Source: Octopus vulgaris | Taxonomy: Eukaryota | Direction of reading: 5' to 3' | DNA: 64,000 bases | NCBI GenBank assembly: GCA_951406725.2 | Contig: OX597833.1 | Location: 3,100,001 to 3,164,000 of the forward strand | Part shown: positions 37,246-49,573 of the stretch, piece by piece | Position numbering within the stretch: the stretch's first letter is position 1 | How the letters are laid out: each line of letters opens with the position of its first letter | Made by a program: the position numbers and the translations under genes | The notes under the pieces: generated by a model | What the model was told of the DNA's origin: nothing | What the model saw: only the letters and a program-made list of their open reading frames with translations | Databases searched by the model: none

Positions 37246-37690
37246 TCATCATCATCGTTTAGCGTCCGCTTTCCATGCTAGCATGGGTTGGACCTTTCAA
37301 CTAGTCTGGGAAGCCAGAAGGCTGCACCATGCCCAGTCTGATCTGGCAGTGTTTCTACGGCTGGATGCCCTTCCTAACACCAACAACTCCGTGAGTGTAG
37401 TGGGTGCTTTTTACGTGCCACCAGCACAGGTGTCAGACGGGGCTGGCAAACGGCCACGATCGGATGGTGCTTTTTACATGTCACCGACACGGGGGCCAGG
37501 CAAGGCTGGCAATGGCCACGAACGGATGGTGCTTTTTATGTGCCACCGGCACGAGGCCAGACGGGGCGGCGCTGACAACGGCCACATTCGGATGGTTCTC
37601 TTACGTGCCATCGGCACGAGGCCAGACGGGGCGGCGCTGACAACGGCCACATTCGGATGGTTCTCTTACGTGCCATCGGCACTGGTATCA
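37246..37690 (-). mobile_element. Family C retroposon with five module cores
   Basis: Match to family C. Confidence 0.75.
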
Positions 37691-37860
37691 CAGCTGCAAT
37701 TTCCATTGATGTTGATCAATTCTCACTTGCCTCAACATGTGAAATAAAAAGTGTCTTGCTCAAGGAAACACTCCTTACTTTAATGACTGGAAGCTGAGTA
37801 AGCCCTAAGTCCCATGAAGAGCAAAAATAATGAAGGAGAAAAAAGGGTGATGGAACCTAC

Positions 37861-37956
37861 CTCTGTGAGTTCCTTGTTCAGTTGCATAGCCTGTTTGGGG
37901 TCAGTTTTCTTCATTTCACGGACACGTTCACGGGCATTCTTCCATTCTTTCATCAT
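37861..37956 (-). CDS. APP: APP exon, E2 (MMKEWKNARERVREMKKTDPKQAMQLNKELTE)
   Basis: Translated by hand (absent from ORF track); MMKEW matches VMREW; acceptor ttccag|ATG, donor GAG|gtaggt; 96 nt, phase 0-0. Confidence 0.92.
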
Positions 37957-38678
37957 CTGGAATGAAGAAAAAAAAAAGTTGATGTAGTGAGAGAGGAAGA
38001 GTGAGAGTGAGAAAGAGAGAGTGAGAGAAGCTCTAATCTGATCTGGCAGTGTTTCTACAGCTGGATGCTCTTCCTAACGCCAACCACTATGAGAGTGAGA
38101 AAGAAAGTGAGAGTGAGAAAGAAAGAGAGAGTGCCACCAGCATGGAAACCAGTCGAGGTGGCGCTGGCATCAGCCACATTTGGGTGGTGCTTTTTACATG
38201 CCACCGGCACGGGGATGACAACTTCAATTTACATTTGAATGTGAGAAAGAGAGAAGGTTCAACTCCAGAAGTCATATCTACAGCCGTATAAAATAAAATA
38301 ATGGTTGTATTAAATAATAGCTAAATATAACTGTGTTGCAAAGATAATGAAGAAAAAGAAAGTCATTATCTAATAGTTTAATCTTTTCTGGCAAGAATGA
38401 GACAACTCTGGGTATGTTTCAGCCTTATTCTGACATCAACAGTCAAGCCCAGCCTTCATTGTAACTTCCTAAACTGTTGAAAGAATCCTAGAATAAGATG
38501 TAGAGAAAAAAGACAGACAAGCAGACAGACAGACCAAGAGATGGTCAAGTCATCATCATCGCCATCGCTTAAAGCTTGCCTTCCATGGTGGTCATGGGTG
38601 GGTTGGTTGGAGCCAGGCGGGCAGGGGTCTGCACCAGTCATGCATATTAGAGGAAGGTTTGTTGGAAGCCATACATAC

Positions 38679-38881
38679 CTTGGTGTTCCTCTCCACCTCC
38701 ACCTGTTGCATCACTTTTTCAGCAGCCTTGAATTTCTCGTGTTCGTTACTGTATTTGCCCAGATACTGGGAGTCACCCTTCAGATAGGCAGTGTAGTCAT
38801 TTAGGGAGCTCTCGGGTTTCTTGATGCTGGCAGGGGTTGAAGGAGTGGTTTCAACATCTTCTTCCATATCGGAACTATGTT
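38679..38881 (-). CDS. APP: APP exon, short acidic linker and start of E2 (EHSSDMEEDV...NEHEKFKAAEK...NTK)
   Basis: NEHEKF matches E2 NEHAHF; acceptor ccttcag|AA, donor AAG|gtatgt; 203 nt, phase 1-0. Confidence 0.9.
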
Positions 38882-38914
38882 CTGAAGGGGAAAAAAAAGG
38901 AGAAAACATTATTA

Positions 38915-38946
<32 letters not shown>

Positions 38947-39392
38947 ATAGTAGTAGAAAAAAAATGGAGCAAGGTGATGAACTTTCAATGGTTAGCACAC
39001 TGGTTGAAATGATCGGTGACATTTTGTGTCTTTACACCCAAGTTGAAATTCCACCAAGGTCAACTTAGCCTCTCCTCCTTACAAGGTCGATAAAATAAGT
39101 ACCAGTTGAATACTGGGGTACAGAGATTCTTAGCAAGGGAGAGATTATCATCATCACTTAAGCCTTTAGCATTCAGATTGCATTGTCAAATGTTCATTCA
39201 GATTGGAACCTGGTGCAGCTCTCCAACTTAACAGCTTTCAGTAAAACCGTCTAACCCATGCCAACATGGAAAGCAGATACTGAATGAGGACGATGATGAT
39301 AATGATACATATATACATACATACACATACATGCTTATATGCATGCATATGTGTGTGTGTTTGTGTGTGTATATATATATATATATATGAAA

Positions 39393-39612
39393 GGCGGCGA
39401 GCTGGCAGACTCGTTAGCATGCCGGGCGAAATGCTTATCAGTATTTCGCCTGTCGTTACGTTCTGAGTTCAAGTTCTGCCGAGGTCGACTTTGCCTTTCA
39501 TCCTTTCGGGGTCGATAAATAAAGTACCAGTTTCACACTGGGGTTGATGTAATCGACTTAATCCCTTTGTCTGTCCTATCTGTGTTTAGCCACTTGTGGG
39601 CAATAAAGAAAT
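39393..39612 (+). mobile_element. SINE family A
   Basis: Full copy GGCGGCGAGCTGGCAGA...AATAAAGAAATA. Confidence 0.8.
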
Positions 39613-39701
39613 ATATATTCTCTCTCTTTTATTCTCTTTTACTTGTTTCAGTCATTTGACTGTGGCCATGCTGGAGCACCGCCTTTACATATTATATATA
39701 A

Positions 39702-39749
<48 letters not shown>

Positions 39750-40282
39750 GCTTCTTCCAGTTTATATATACCAAATCCATTCTCACAGGGCCTCAGTGGG
39801 CCCAAGGTAGTAGCAGAAGACACTTGCCCAAAGTACCACGGAGTGGGACTGAACCCAAAACCATGCGGTCGGGAAGCAAACTTCTTAACCACACAGCCAT
39901 ACCTCCTCCTATGAATAGGCAACTTCCTGTACTGCAACACCCACCACCACCACCACCACCACCGCCACAACCGCCACAACAACAACAACAACAACAATAA
40001 TTTTAGTTGGTGAGATGATTTAAGCAGTGTTAAAATTTTTTCTTAAATAAAGGTTTTTTTTCTGTTAAAGTTAATTAATGAATCACCGTCGTGATAGTTA
40101 GTTACAATTAACATTAATCATTATAATTGCTATCATCGTCATCGTTGTCGTCCTTATTAAAACTGTCATCACCAACCTCCCCATCACCACTACCACCATC
40201 CATTATAAACATCATCATCATCATCATCACCATTCAACGTTATCTTAATTTTTTTGCAGCAAATATTATCAAGTGTGTGACA

Positions 40283-40508
40283 GAGAGAGAGAGAGAGAGA
40301 GAAAGGAGAGAGAAGGGAGAGAGAGAAGGGAGAGAGAGAAAAAGGAGAGAGAGAGAAAGGAGAGAGTGAGAGAGAGAGATAAAGGGGAGAAAGAGAGAGA
40401 GAGAGAAAGGAGAGAGAGAGGAAAGAGAGAGAGAAAGGAGAGAGAGAGAGAAAGGAGAAAGAAAGGAGAAAGAGGAGAGAGAGAGAAGGAGAAAGAGTGA
40501 GAGAGAGA

Positions 40509-40565
<57 letters not shown>

Positions 40566-40695
40566 GGAGAAAGAGTGAGAGAGAGAGAAAAGAGAGAGAG
40601 AGAGAAAGGAGAGAGAGAGAGAGGAGAAAGAGTGAGAGAGAGAAAAAAGAGAGAGAGAGAGAAAGGAGAGAGGGAGAAAGAGTGAGAGAGAGAGG
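40283..40695. repeat. Near-pure purine (GA)-rich tract
   Basis: Direct inspection. Confidence 0.95.
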
Positions 40696-41218
40696 GATGA
40701 AAGGAAAAAAGAAATGAAGTGATGCTGGCATCATGACCCAATCAACCATCACTGCACCATCATCATCATCATCATCATCATCATCACTACACTCGCTCAC
40801 CCCTGCTCCTCCCCCTTCCCGCCAATCAGCCAGAGACTGACAATGATGACTCCTCACCTGCTGAGCACTTAAATCCAGTAGCAGAGGATTAGCTTAATCC
40901 ACAGCAGAAGAGAAGTGATTAATCCATCCTAGGGATAATTAACTAAACAATAACACCACAACCATCATCAACATTGATCAGCGCAACATCCGACTGAACC
41001 TCTCGACCAGCTAGAAATAGCAACCAAACTCCCTCAAGTCACACATAAAATTTACCATCATGAGACAAAAAAAAAAAGGACACATTAGATTAAGTAGATT
41101 TAGATATGAAAAAAAAAAAGATGGGATGGTCACAGATGGAGTGCTTTTGATGATAGGTTCTATTGATCAGGCTTCACTGGTGGTTTTTAACAGCATCAAC
41201 AAGTAGCCATTTGTTTAA

Positions 41219-41934
41219 CCCTTTCATTACCGTATTTGTTGAGATGTTCTGTGTTTCTTTGAATTAATTTTAAAAACAAAGAATTTAGTAAAATAACTTG
41301 GTTATCATTCATCTAGTGTTAGGAACATAAATTGTGACTAAGGTTTGGTGAAAGATTTTAATTCAAAACTTAAGAGAACAAGACATTTGTACTCAGAGCC
41401 AGTTTCAGCCAGGTTGGTATCAAAAGGGTTAAGAATTGTTTTCTATTATATATTTTAACCCATTTGTTACCATATTTCTGTTGAGATGCTCCGTGTTTCT
41501 TTCAATTACTTTAAATATAACAAAGAATTCAGTAAAATAACTTGGTTATCATTAAGCTAGTGTTAGGAACATAAATTGTGACTAAGGTTTGGTGGAAGAT
41601 TTTAATTCAAAACTTATGGAAGCAAGACATTTGTACTATAAAACCAGTGGTGGTTTCAGCCAGGTTGCTGTCAAAAGGGTTAAGAATTGTTTCTCTATTA
41701 TATATATTTTAAACCTTTCATTACCATATTTCTGTTGAGATGTTCTGTGTTTCTTTCAATTCATTTTAAATATAACAAAGAATTTAGTAAAATAATTTTG
41801 TTATCATTAAGCTAGTATTTGGAACATAAATTGTGACTAAGGTTTGGTGGAAGATTTTAATTCAGAACTTATGAAAACAAGACATTTGTACAACAGAGTG
41901 AGAGGCAGTTTCAGCTGGGTTGGTAACGAAAGAG
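41219..41934. mobile_element. Tandem trimer of the piggyBac-type MITE
   Basis: Three units, each bounded by CCC..GGG-like TIRs, joined by the linker TTAAGAATTGTTT(C)TCTATTATATA..TTTTAA. Confidence 0.8.
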
Positions 41935-42294
41935 TTAATATAAGTACGTGGATGTTTAAGAAAGGAACAGAAGCTAGAGGTGTATCAAGGTAGATGGAAA
42001 CAGAAAGAAGCCTCTATTGTGTGTGTATGTATGTTTATATGCTTGTATGTCTGTCTCGGCGTCATGTGATGGCTATAAACAATCGTTACCATCATACAGG
42101 CAGTACCTGTTCCAATCTTCCATGGTAAACATGTCCAACCATGGGAAAGCATCACCTTGCCTGGAAAGAGATGAGGGTTGCTGAAAAGAAGGACATCAGG
42201 CCTTAGATAAGGTCACAAGGGAGGACGTCTGCCTCATGCAAACATGGAAAAGTGCATGCTAAAATAACAAGAGACTATACATACATATATATCT

Positions 42295-42475
42295 GGTTTC
42301 AGTTCATGTGGCACGATTACAATTTTTTTAGGGTGTGTAAAGAGGGAAATAACCCTCATCTTCAATTTTGATGAGATTCGAAACAGAGATATTCCAGTTC
42401 ATTCCAGAAAATATAACAGAAAAGTCTAATTCTTCAATTGCATGTAACACGGGCAACGCCGGGTATCTCTGCTAG
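42295..42475 (+). mobile_element. Helitron 3' fragment
   Basis: Ends CACGGGCAACGCCGGGTATCTCTG-CTAG|T. Confidence 0.65.
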
Positions 42476-43267
42476 TATATATATATATGTCGCCAGACCT
42501 CAGTCAAATCGTCCAACCCATGCTAACGACCGCTTTCCATGCTAGACGATTTGACTGAGGTCTGGCGAACCAGATGGCTGCACCAGGCTCCAATGTGATC
42601 TGGCAGAGTTTCTACAGCTGGATGCCCTAGAGACTTTTTTCAAGCTAAACGTTTTTAGTACCCACTCACCTGGTTTTCACACCTCAAAACTGTTGAGACA
42701 AAAATGTGACATCACTGTCAATGAATTGGTCTCAGGTAAAGACATGCAAAAATGCTCATGCACAGACACACAAACGTGATGGGCCTCTGTCCACACACAC
42801 ACACAAAGAACTGAAGAAGGACTCAGAATAATGCAAGAGTGCCTAGAGTTATGTCCTCCTGATGGTGATGGATTTTAGCCATAACATCACACCTACCACT
42901 ACACCATCACATCTATCGAGTATTTGTTTGGTTTAAAGAGTTCATGTGTGAAAAGTTCAGACGTCTGTATAATGAGATTAGATAATTAACCTAGATAATT
43001 AACCAGTAATTAACAGATTGTGTGTTGGACTGACGCCATCATCATATTGATGATTCAACTCTGGAAAATCCTACGGCAATACTGCCACAGCAACCCCTAC
43101 TCTTATGCAACAGTGAACCTTACTGCCGTATAGCGGCAACGAACCCTACTGCTGTACCTGTACAGTGAACCCTGTTGTTATACTGCTGCAATGGGCAATG
43201 ACCCCTACAGTTACACAATGGCACCGGTTCACTCCGCTTGTATAATAATGATAATAATAATAATAAT

Positions 43268-44140
43268 GGGCATCTCTGATCACGAGCAGAAGTAGTGGGG
43301 GAGCATCATAGCCATGTGTTGAGAGGGATTCTTTGGGGTTTGAATAATTCACCTTTGGAAACATGGGTGTTCTTTTAACATCCTTAAACAACCCTTATTC
43401 AGGGACCTTTCAAGTGGGATGGGTTACTCGACCTGAAGAAAATTCTAACTGGGCCCCACCTGCAAGGTCATGTGCTGTTTATCTTGATATGAGATCACCA
43501 TGTCGCGCACATATGGTTGTGATGCATGTGCCTGGTGTACCCTTATCAGACGGGTAGTCATGATGGGTATATTGGGCTTCGTATATTTTACCCCAGTGTC
43601 ACTTTGATGGCATGCACTGCTCTCTCACTCAATAATAATAATAATAATAATAATGATAAATGCCCTGATGTAGTACCAGGCAGTGGCTCTCATAGCTTCT
43701 GATCTTAACTGATTGGAAGTGTTATCATGTACATTGTTTCGTATTGGTAGAAAAGACGTGTTACAGCAAATATTCTGCTCAATACCACAGATTTGGTTGT
43801 CGGTTGTTTGACCGGAACCAGTTGAGCATGTCCCTTAGTGGCTGACGATATAAGCATCTCTGATCATGATGGGTAAACTGGGCTTCGTATATTTTACCCC
43901 AGCGTCACTTTGATGGCATGCACTGCTTTCTCACTCAATAATAATAATAATAATAATCATAATATGTAGTACCAGGCAGTGGCTCTCATGGCTTCTGATC
44001 TTAACTGATTGGAAGTGTTATCATGTACATTGTTTTGTCTTGGTATAAAAGATGGGCTACAGCAAATATTCTGCTCAACACCACAGATTTGCTTGTCAGC
44101 TGTTTGACCTTAACCATTTGAGCATGTCCCTTAGTGGTTG
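43268..44140. mobile_element. Three tandem partial copies of the 31527-32075 element, separated by (AAT)n
   Basis: Direct sequence match to 31527-32075 in reverse complement. Confidence 0.65.
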
Positions 44141-44885
44141 ACGATTACTTCCATGACAACATCAATGACACTGATAGCACAAGAAGAAAACAAGCACTCA
44201 GTACCGTGCTGTGAAGTGGTTGGTGCCAGGAAGAGAGCATCCAACCTTGGAAACCATAGCAAAGAAACAGTGGAGCCAGAGGCAGTCCTTGGGCTCATCA
44301 GATCCTGTCAAATGTCCCAACTCAGGTCAGTGTGGAACACAGATGTTAGATGAAGATGGTGACAACAACAGAAGCCCTGCTATTCCACCTCATCTAATTT
44401 GTACATAAAAAGCACCCACTACACTCTCGGAGTGGTTGGCATTAGGAAGGGCATCCAGCTGTAGAAACATTGCTAGATCAAGATTGGAGCGTGGTGCAAC
44501 CGCTGGCTCTCCAGACCTCAGTCAAACCATCCAACCCATGCCAGCATAGAAAACGGACGTTAAACGATGATGATGTTAAGCTGTGTTGCTTTTTATCTCC
44601 ATAAGATGATAATTCACTCGCTCACTCACCTAGCTTGCTTCAGTCATTGGACTATGGCCATGTGGGAGCACTACCTCAAAAGGTTTCAGTGGAACAAATC
44701 AACTGCAGCATTGTTTCTTTAAACACAGGTATTTATTCTATTGGCCTCTTTTACAGAAGTGATCCCACAATAAGGGAATAAACAAACCAACACCAGTTGC
44801 CAAGCAATGATGGGTGGTTTATAAAAGCACTTACACACACAGACATGTGCATGTGTGTGTGTGTATGTAAAAATATATATATGTA

Positions 44886-46134
44886 CATGATGAGTAAGGT
44901 ATTTGAGGACATACCCTTTTTGGGGTCATTGCTGCATTTTTTTGCTAACTCTGTATAATCTTTGTTTCAGAAAATAATAATGGCAGACCCTCAGCTTACT
45001 CAAGAAATGAAGAGGCATGCTGTTATTGTGGTTATAAAGGCTGAGCATAGCGATTTAGAAATATCTCGATTTTTAAAAGCTGCCAGATCTTTCGTCTACA
45101 AAGTTTGTACAGAGACTGAAGATGGAAATGTATCACCAATATCAAAGCATAAAAAAACATTCTAAACGCTCTGAAATCATCAGAATACCTGTATTTATCC
45201 AGCAAGTTCAACAGACCATTGATTACAATCCCAGAAAGTCCATAAGGTTAATTGCAAAAAATCTTCCTGTGTCAGAAGGAACAGTCAGAAATGTTGTCCA
45301 CGAAGACATCAGATATAAGCCTTATATGATGAGGATAGGTCAATTTGTTAGAAAAAGAAAAAGAAAATCACTACATCAGATCTAAGAAGTTCTTAAACAA
45401 ACTGAAAAATCCAGCAGAAGAAGATTTGATTTGGTTTTTCTCAAATGAGAAAAACTTTGACCAAGATCAAAAGATTAACAGAAGAAATGACAGATGGTTA
45501 TGTGCAGACCTTTCTGAAGTTCCAAGTGTTATGTATACAAAATTTCCTGAAACTGTCATGGTTTTAGGGGTTGTCAGCAATGAAGGACATGTGATGCCTC
45601 CCTACTTCTTTCCACAAGGCCTTAGAGTTAACTCTGCCGCCTACATTGAGGTCCTGGAAACAACAGTTACATTCTGGACAGAGTGTATGCAATGGAAGGC
45701 CATATGTGTTTCAGTAAGACTCTGCACTACCACACATGGTTTTAGTAACACAGAAATGGATGGCTGAAAATTTTCATGATCACATAACCCCTAACATTTG
45801 GCCTCCTAATTCCCCAGATCTCAATCCATTGGACTATTACATGTGGAGCATTGTTGAGAGAGAGGTCAATGAACACTCCCATAACACCAAAGATTCTTTG
45901 AAAGCTGCCATAGTCAGAGTAATGTCCAAAATGAACCAGGACCACTCGATCCGAGCATGTAGGTGATTTAGATCTCATATAGAAGCAGTTGTTGAAGCTG
46001 AAGGTGGCTTTATTCAATAACATTATAGAAAAGAAGGTCTATTTTCAACCCCACAGCAGCATTTTTTTTATCAAATAAAGTTATTATCTGTTATCATAAA
46101 CATAAATCTGCCATCAAATACCTTACACACCGTG
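44886..46134 (+). mobile_element. Fossil Tc1/mariner-superfamily transposon, DD37D (maT type)
   Basis: Imperfect TIRs CATGATGAGTAAGGTATTTGA / TCAAATACCTTACACACCGTG; TA on the left; disrupted transposase inside. Confidence 0.85.
44980..46020 (+). pseudogene. Disrupted DD37D transposase
   Basis: WFFSNEKNF (first D to N), YVFQ*DSALPH, WPPNSPDLNPLDYYMW; 37 residues between 2nd and 3rd D; several frameshifts and stops. Confidence 0.85.
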
Positions 46135-46551
46135 TGTGTGTGTGTGTGTAAGCACACACACTCATATATATGTGCATATAAATGTGTGTGTGTGTATGTG
46201 TGTATGTATATATATATATATACACATACATACACAAACACACATACACTTACATGCACAGGCATGACGGCATGCACAAATGCAGTCATGGCTGTGGTCA
46301 CACAGTAGGAATGAACCCAAAACCTTGTGGCTGAAAAGGAAGCTTCTTAACCACACATCCATGTCTGCAACCATTTTAACATTTCTTAGAAGGAAAAGAA
46401 AGAAAGAAAGAAAGAAGCCAGGAAATCCAAGAAGGAAAACAAAGAGAACAGCCACTACAACAACAACAACAACAACTACTACTACTGATACTACTACTAC
46501 TACTACTACTACTACAACAACAAATATACCACATCTACTAGGACTACCAAC

Positions 46552-46767
46552 CTTTAGGACAGCAAACAAACTCCACACCACTGAAATGTCCGGGTTCTTT
46601 GCATGGCCAAAGCATGGCGAAACTTTGTGTGGTCATCTGACGGAGGGCACACTTGCTCATGGCGGTCTTGTTGCATTCGTCAAACTCGTTGCAGACACGA
46701 GAATCATGGTAGTGGTCAAAGATGCAGTGTTCTGGCACCAGCAAGGCATCACTTTGGAATGGTCCGA
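46552..46767 (-). CDS. APP: APP exon, copper-binding-domain homologue (GPFQSDALLVPEHC...FSGVEFVCCPK)
   Basis: SDALLVP and GVEFVCCP are APP signature motifs; acceptor ctccag|TC, donor G|gttggt; 216 nt, phase 1-1. Confidence 0.95.
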
Positions 46768-47645
46768 CTGGAGAGGAGAAACAAGTCAACATGTTGCAAA
46801 TTACTTAAATGATGACGATGACGGCGATGATGATAGTTCTGGTGGTGGTGGTGGTGATAGTGGGCATGGGTGTGGCCATACACCTGTTGTTGTTTTTTTT
46901 TTTTGTGCCCCAGCATGGCTGTGGCCTTCGGGCTAAAACATTTTTAAGGATTTATATGCCGCAAGAAGTGCTACTAAGCATATTCTTCAGTATGCTAATG
47001 ATCCTGCTAGCTCATTTCCTTGATGATGATAATAATAATACCAGTTATATACTGGTGTTAGCATAACTGACTGTTCCCTTTAGCCAAAATTCAACACCTG
47101 TGTCCATGTTAGAAAGCGTTAATGCAGCAGAGAAATAGCAAGGGAGACAGTTTTCGTTGTTCTCTTTTAACATAATTGCAAGGTCTGGAGGAAGGAAGGG
47201 CTTTTTATGACCCCTGCAGACCCTCCAAGACCAGTGACATTGATGGCGTTAACATAATGCTTGAAATGCCACAGTAAGCTGATGTCTGCAGGAGAAAGCA
47301 AGCACAGGCAGGGAATTCCTGAGAGTTAACCATTCTGGGTGAGAAAGGATGAGCTGCCATGGTTAGTATGGGGCCTTAGGGTTTTTAGGTGGGTGGATGG
47401 GTGGGTGGTTGAGTGAGGGTTATACTCAATAGGAGTGATGAAATGAGGTGAGACAACCATCAAAAGGTCCTAGGTCCTGTTCATTTTGTTGATGTGGTGG
47501 TCTGTGCACCTCAACGACCCTGAGAGGCAAGCCAGCAGGGTACATGCTTCTGATCAGGCCTTACATGCTGGAAAAGCCAGACTAATATGGATCACCTCTT
47601 CTTAGAGGTAAAAGTGGGGTTTGCACAGGGCCAGCAGCCTTACTT

Positions 47646-47681
<36 letters not shown>

Positions 47682-47808
47682 TAAGTTACCGAAGCATTGA
47701 TGACATTTCAAAATCTAACAAGACCTGGGAGCAAGGCAAGGCGGTGGGTGGGTGGGGAGATGAACATTGCGAAGAGAGCAGAGGAAGCAAGCGCAAAGAA
47801 GTACTTAC

Positions 47809-47941
47809 CTAAACAACGGAATGGTCTGACTGTGTGGTTGCCGTGTTTGTGGCAGTGAGTGGCATTAAAACGGCACCAGTTTGGAATGGTCACTTTGTAG
47901 CTTGCTTGCAGGACGTTGGTCACTTCATGGTCCGGGTATAA
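47809..47941 (-). CDS. APP: APP exon, GFLD C-term (LYPDHEVTNVLQASYKVTIPNWC...VRPFRCL)
   Basis: Matches human [23 protein letters not shown]...VIPYRCL; acceptor (ct)n-cag|TTA, donor G|gtaagt; 133 nt, phase 0-1. Confidence 0.95.
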
Positions 47942-49104
47942 CTGAGAGAGAGAGAGAGAGAGAGAGAAAAGAGAGATAATATAAATAGATGAATCATTTG
48001 AAGTGGACGGTATGTGTGGGGGCAATGTGAGATATTTCAAGGGTTTGAAATGTGAAAAGATTCTGACGGTGATGATAATGATGATGATGGTGATGAAGAT
48101 GATGACGATTACCACAACAAGGATGATGGTGATGATGAGAATTACAACGATGAAAATGATGATAATGATGAAGATCATCATCATCATTGTTTAACATCCG
48201 CTTTCCATGATGGCAAGGGTCGGATGATTTGACTGAGGTCTGGCGAACCAGATGGCTGCGCCAGGCTCCAATCTGATCTGGCAGAGTTTCTACAGCTGGA
48301 TGCCCTTCCTAACGCCAACCACTCCGAGAGTGTAGTGGGTGCTTTTAAAGTGCCTCTGGCACGAGGGCCAGTCTGGCGGGACTGGCAATGACCATGCTCG
48401 AAAATGGTGTTTTTTACGTGCTACCTGCACAGGAGTCAGTCCGGCAGCACTGGCAACGACCTCGCTCGAATGTTTTGTTCACGTGCCATTGAGGCAACGC
48501 TGACAACGATCACGCTCAAATGGTGCTCTTTACATGCCAGACAGCTGCTCTGGCAGTGATCCCGCTTGGATGGAGCTGTTAGTGCTCCACTGGCACGGGT
48601 GCCATGGTGCCAAGATGACAATGAAGATGATTTGTAGTGAATAAGAACGAAAGAATAAATAAAATGTGTGAAAGCTCCAAAAATAAAGGACAGATTTTTA
48701 GCTTTGCTTTCATGGAATCAAACAGAATAGAGGAGGATTCCATTCCCCACCCCCACCAGGCAGTCTGTATAGGACACCATTCTCTCATCATCATCATAAT
48801 CATTGTCATATATAAAGAGGTACCGGATCATTTGAGAATGTTCCGTAATTACATAACGGCTGAGCTCCATCAGTGTAACGGAGAATACAGTGTTACATTA
48901 CAGAGATAAGAGTGGTGTAAGATATAAGCCTCATCCGCAACAGGACATCGAAATCTAATTAAGGTAACACAAGTAACATTAACCAGGTGATCTCTCTCTC
49001 TCTCTGGCTAATAGCAAATCACATGGTAAATGTAGCTAATGGAAGAATATGGTTTTATAGCACCAACACAACAGACAGAATAAGGGTGGGGTCTGTGCAT
49101 GATA

Positions 49105-49178
<74 letters not shown>

Positions 49179-49244
49179 ATTTTTTTGCATAATGAGATAA
49201 AAAAACCAAGGCTGTATAGATATTAGAGCATTTATAGATAGGAG

Positions 49245-49299
49245 GTCTTACAGCTGTTTCTAGGATATTAATTAATAATAATATCCCTTTATCAGAGAC
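49245..49299 (-). ncRNA. Minimal type-I hammerhead motif (core variant CUGAUAA)
   Basis: GTCT CTGATAA ag GGATATT...AATATCC ta GAAA CAGCTG TA AGAC: stem I GTCT/AGAC, palindromic stem III, GUA cleavage triplet. Confidence 0.65.
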
Positions 49300-49518
49300 A
49301 ATGTGAGAGGAAAAGTTAAGTCATAGTTAGTTTCAATGTGATACATATATCACATATCTTACATATCTTACATACCATACATAGTTAGTTTCAATGTGAT
49401 ACAAAATAGAGAGTGAGGTGGAGGAAAGAAAATAGTTGTAAGATACGTATGGTATGTAAGATATGTAATACATGTATCACATTGAAACTAACTATGACTT
49501 AATTTTTCCTCTCACACC

Positions 49519-49573
49519 GTCTCCAATGAAAGGATATTATTATTAATTAATATCCCAGAAACAGCTGTAAGAC
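49519..49573 (+). ncRNA. Minimal type-I hammerhead motif (core variant CCAAUGA, likely inactive)
   Basis: GTCT CCAATGA aa GGATATT...AATATCC ca GAAA CAGCTG TA AGAC. Confidence 0.55.

Noticed and set aside
40190-40857. Poly-Asp stretch (SECSDDDDDDDDDG) as a missing APP acidic exon
   Set aside because: It lies just after a GT donor, has no clear acceptor/donor pair, and is a (CAT)n microsatellite next to the GA tract
38882-46551. KPI or OX-2 exon
   Set aside because: No Kunitz cysteine pattern found; the flanking exons join in phase without it
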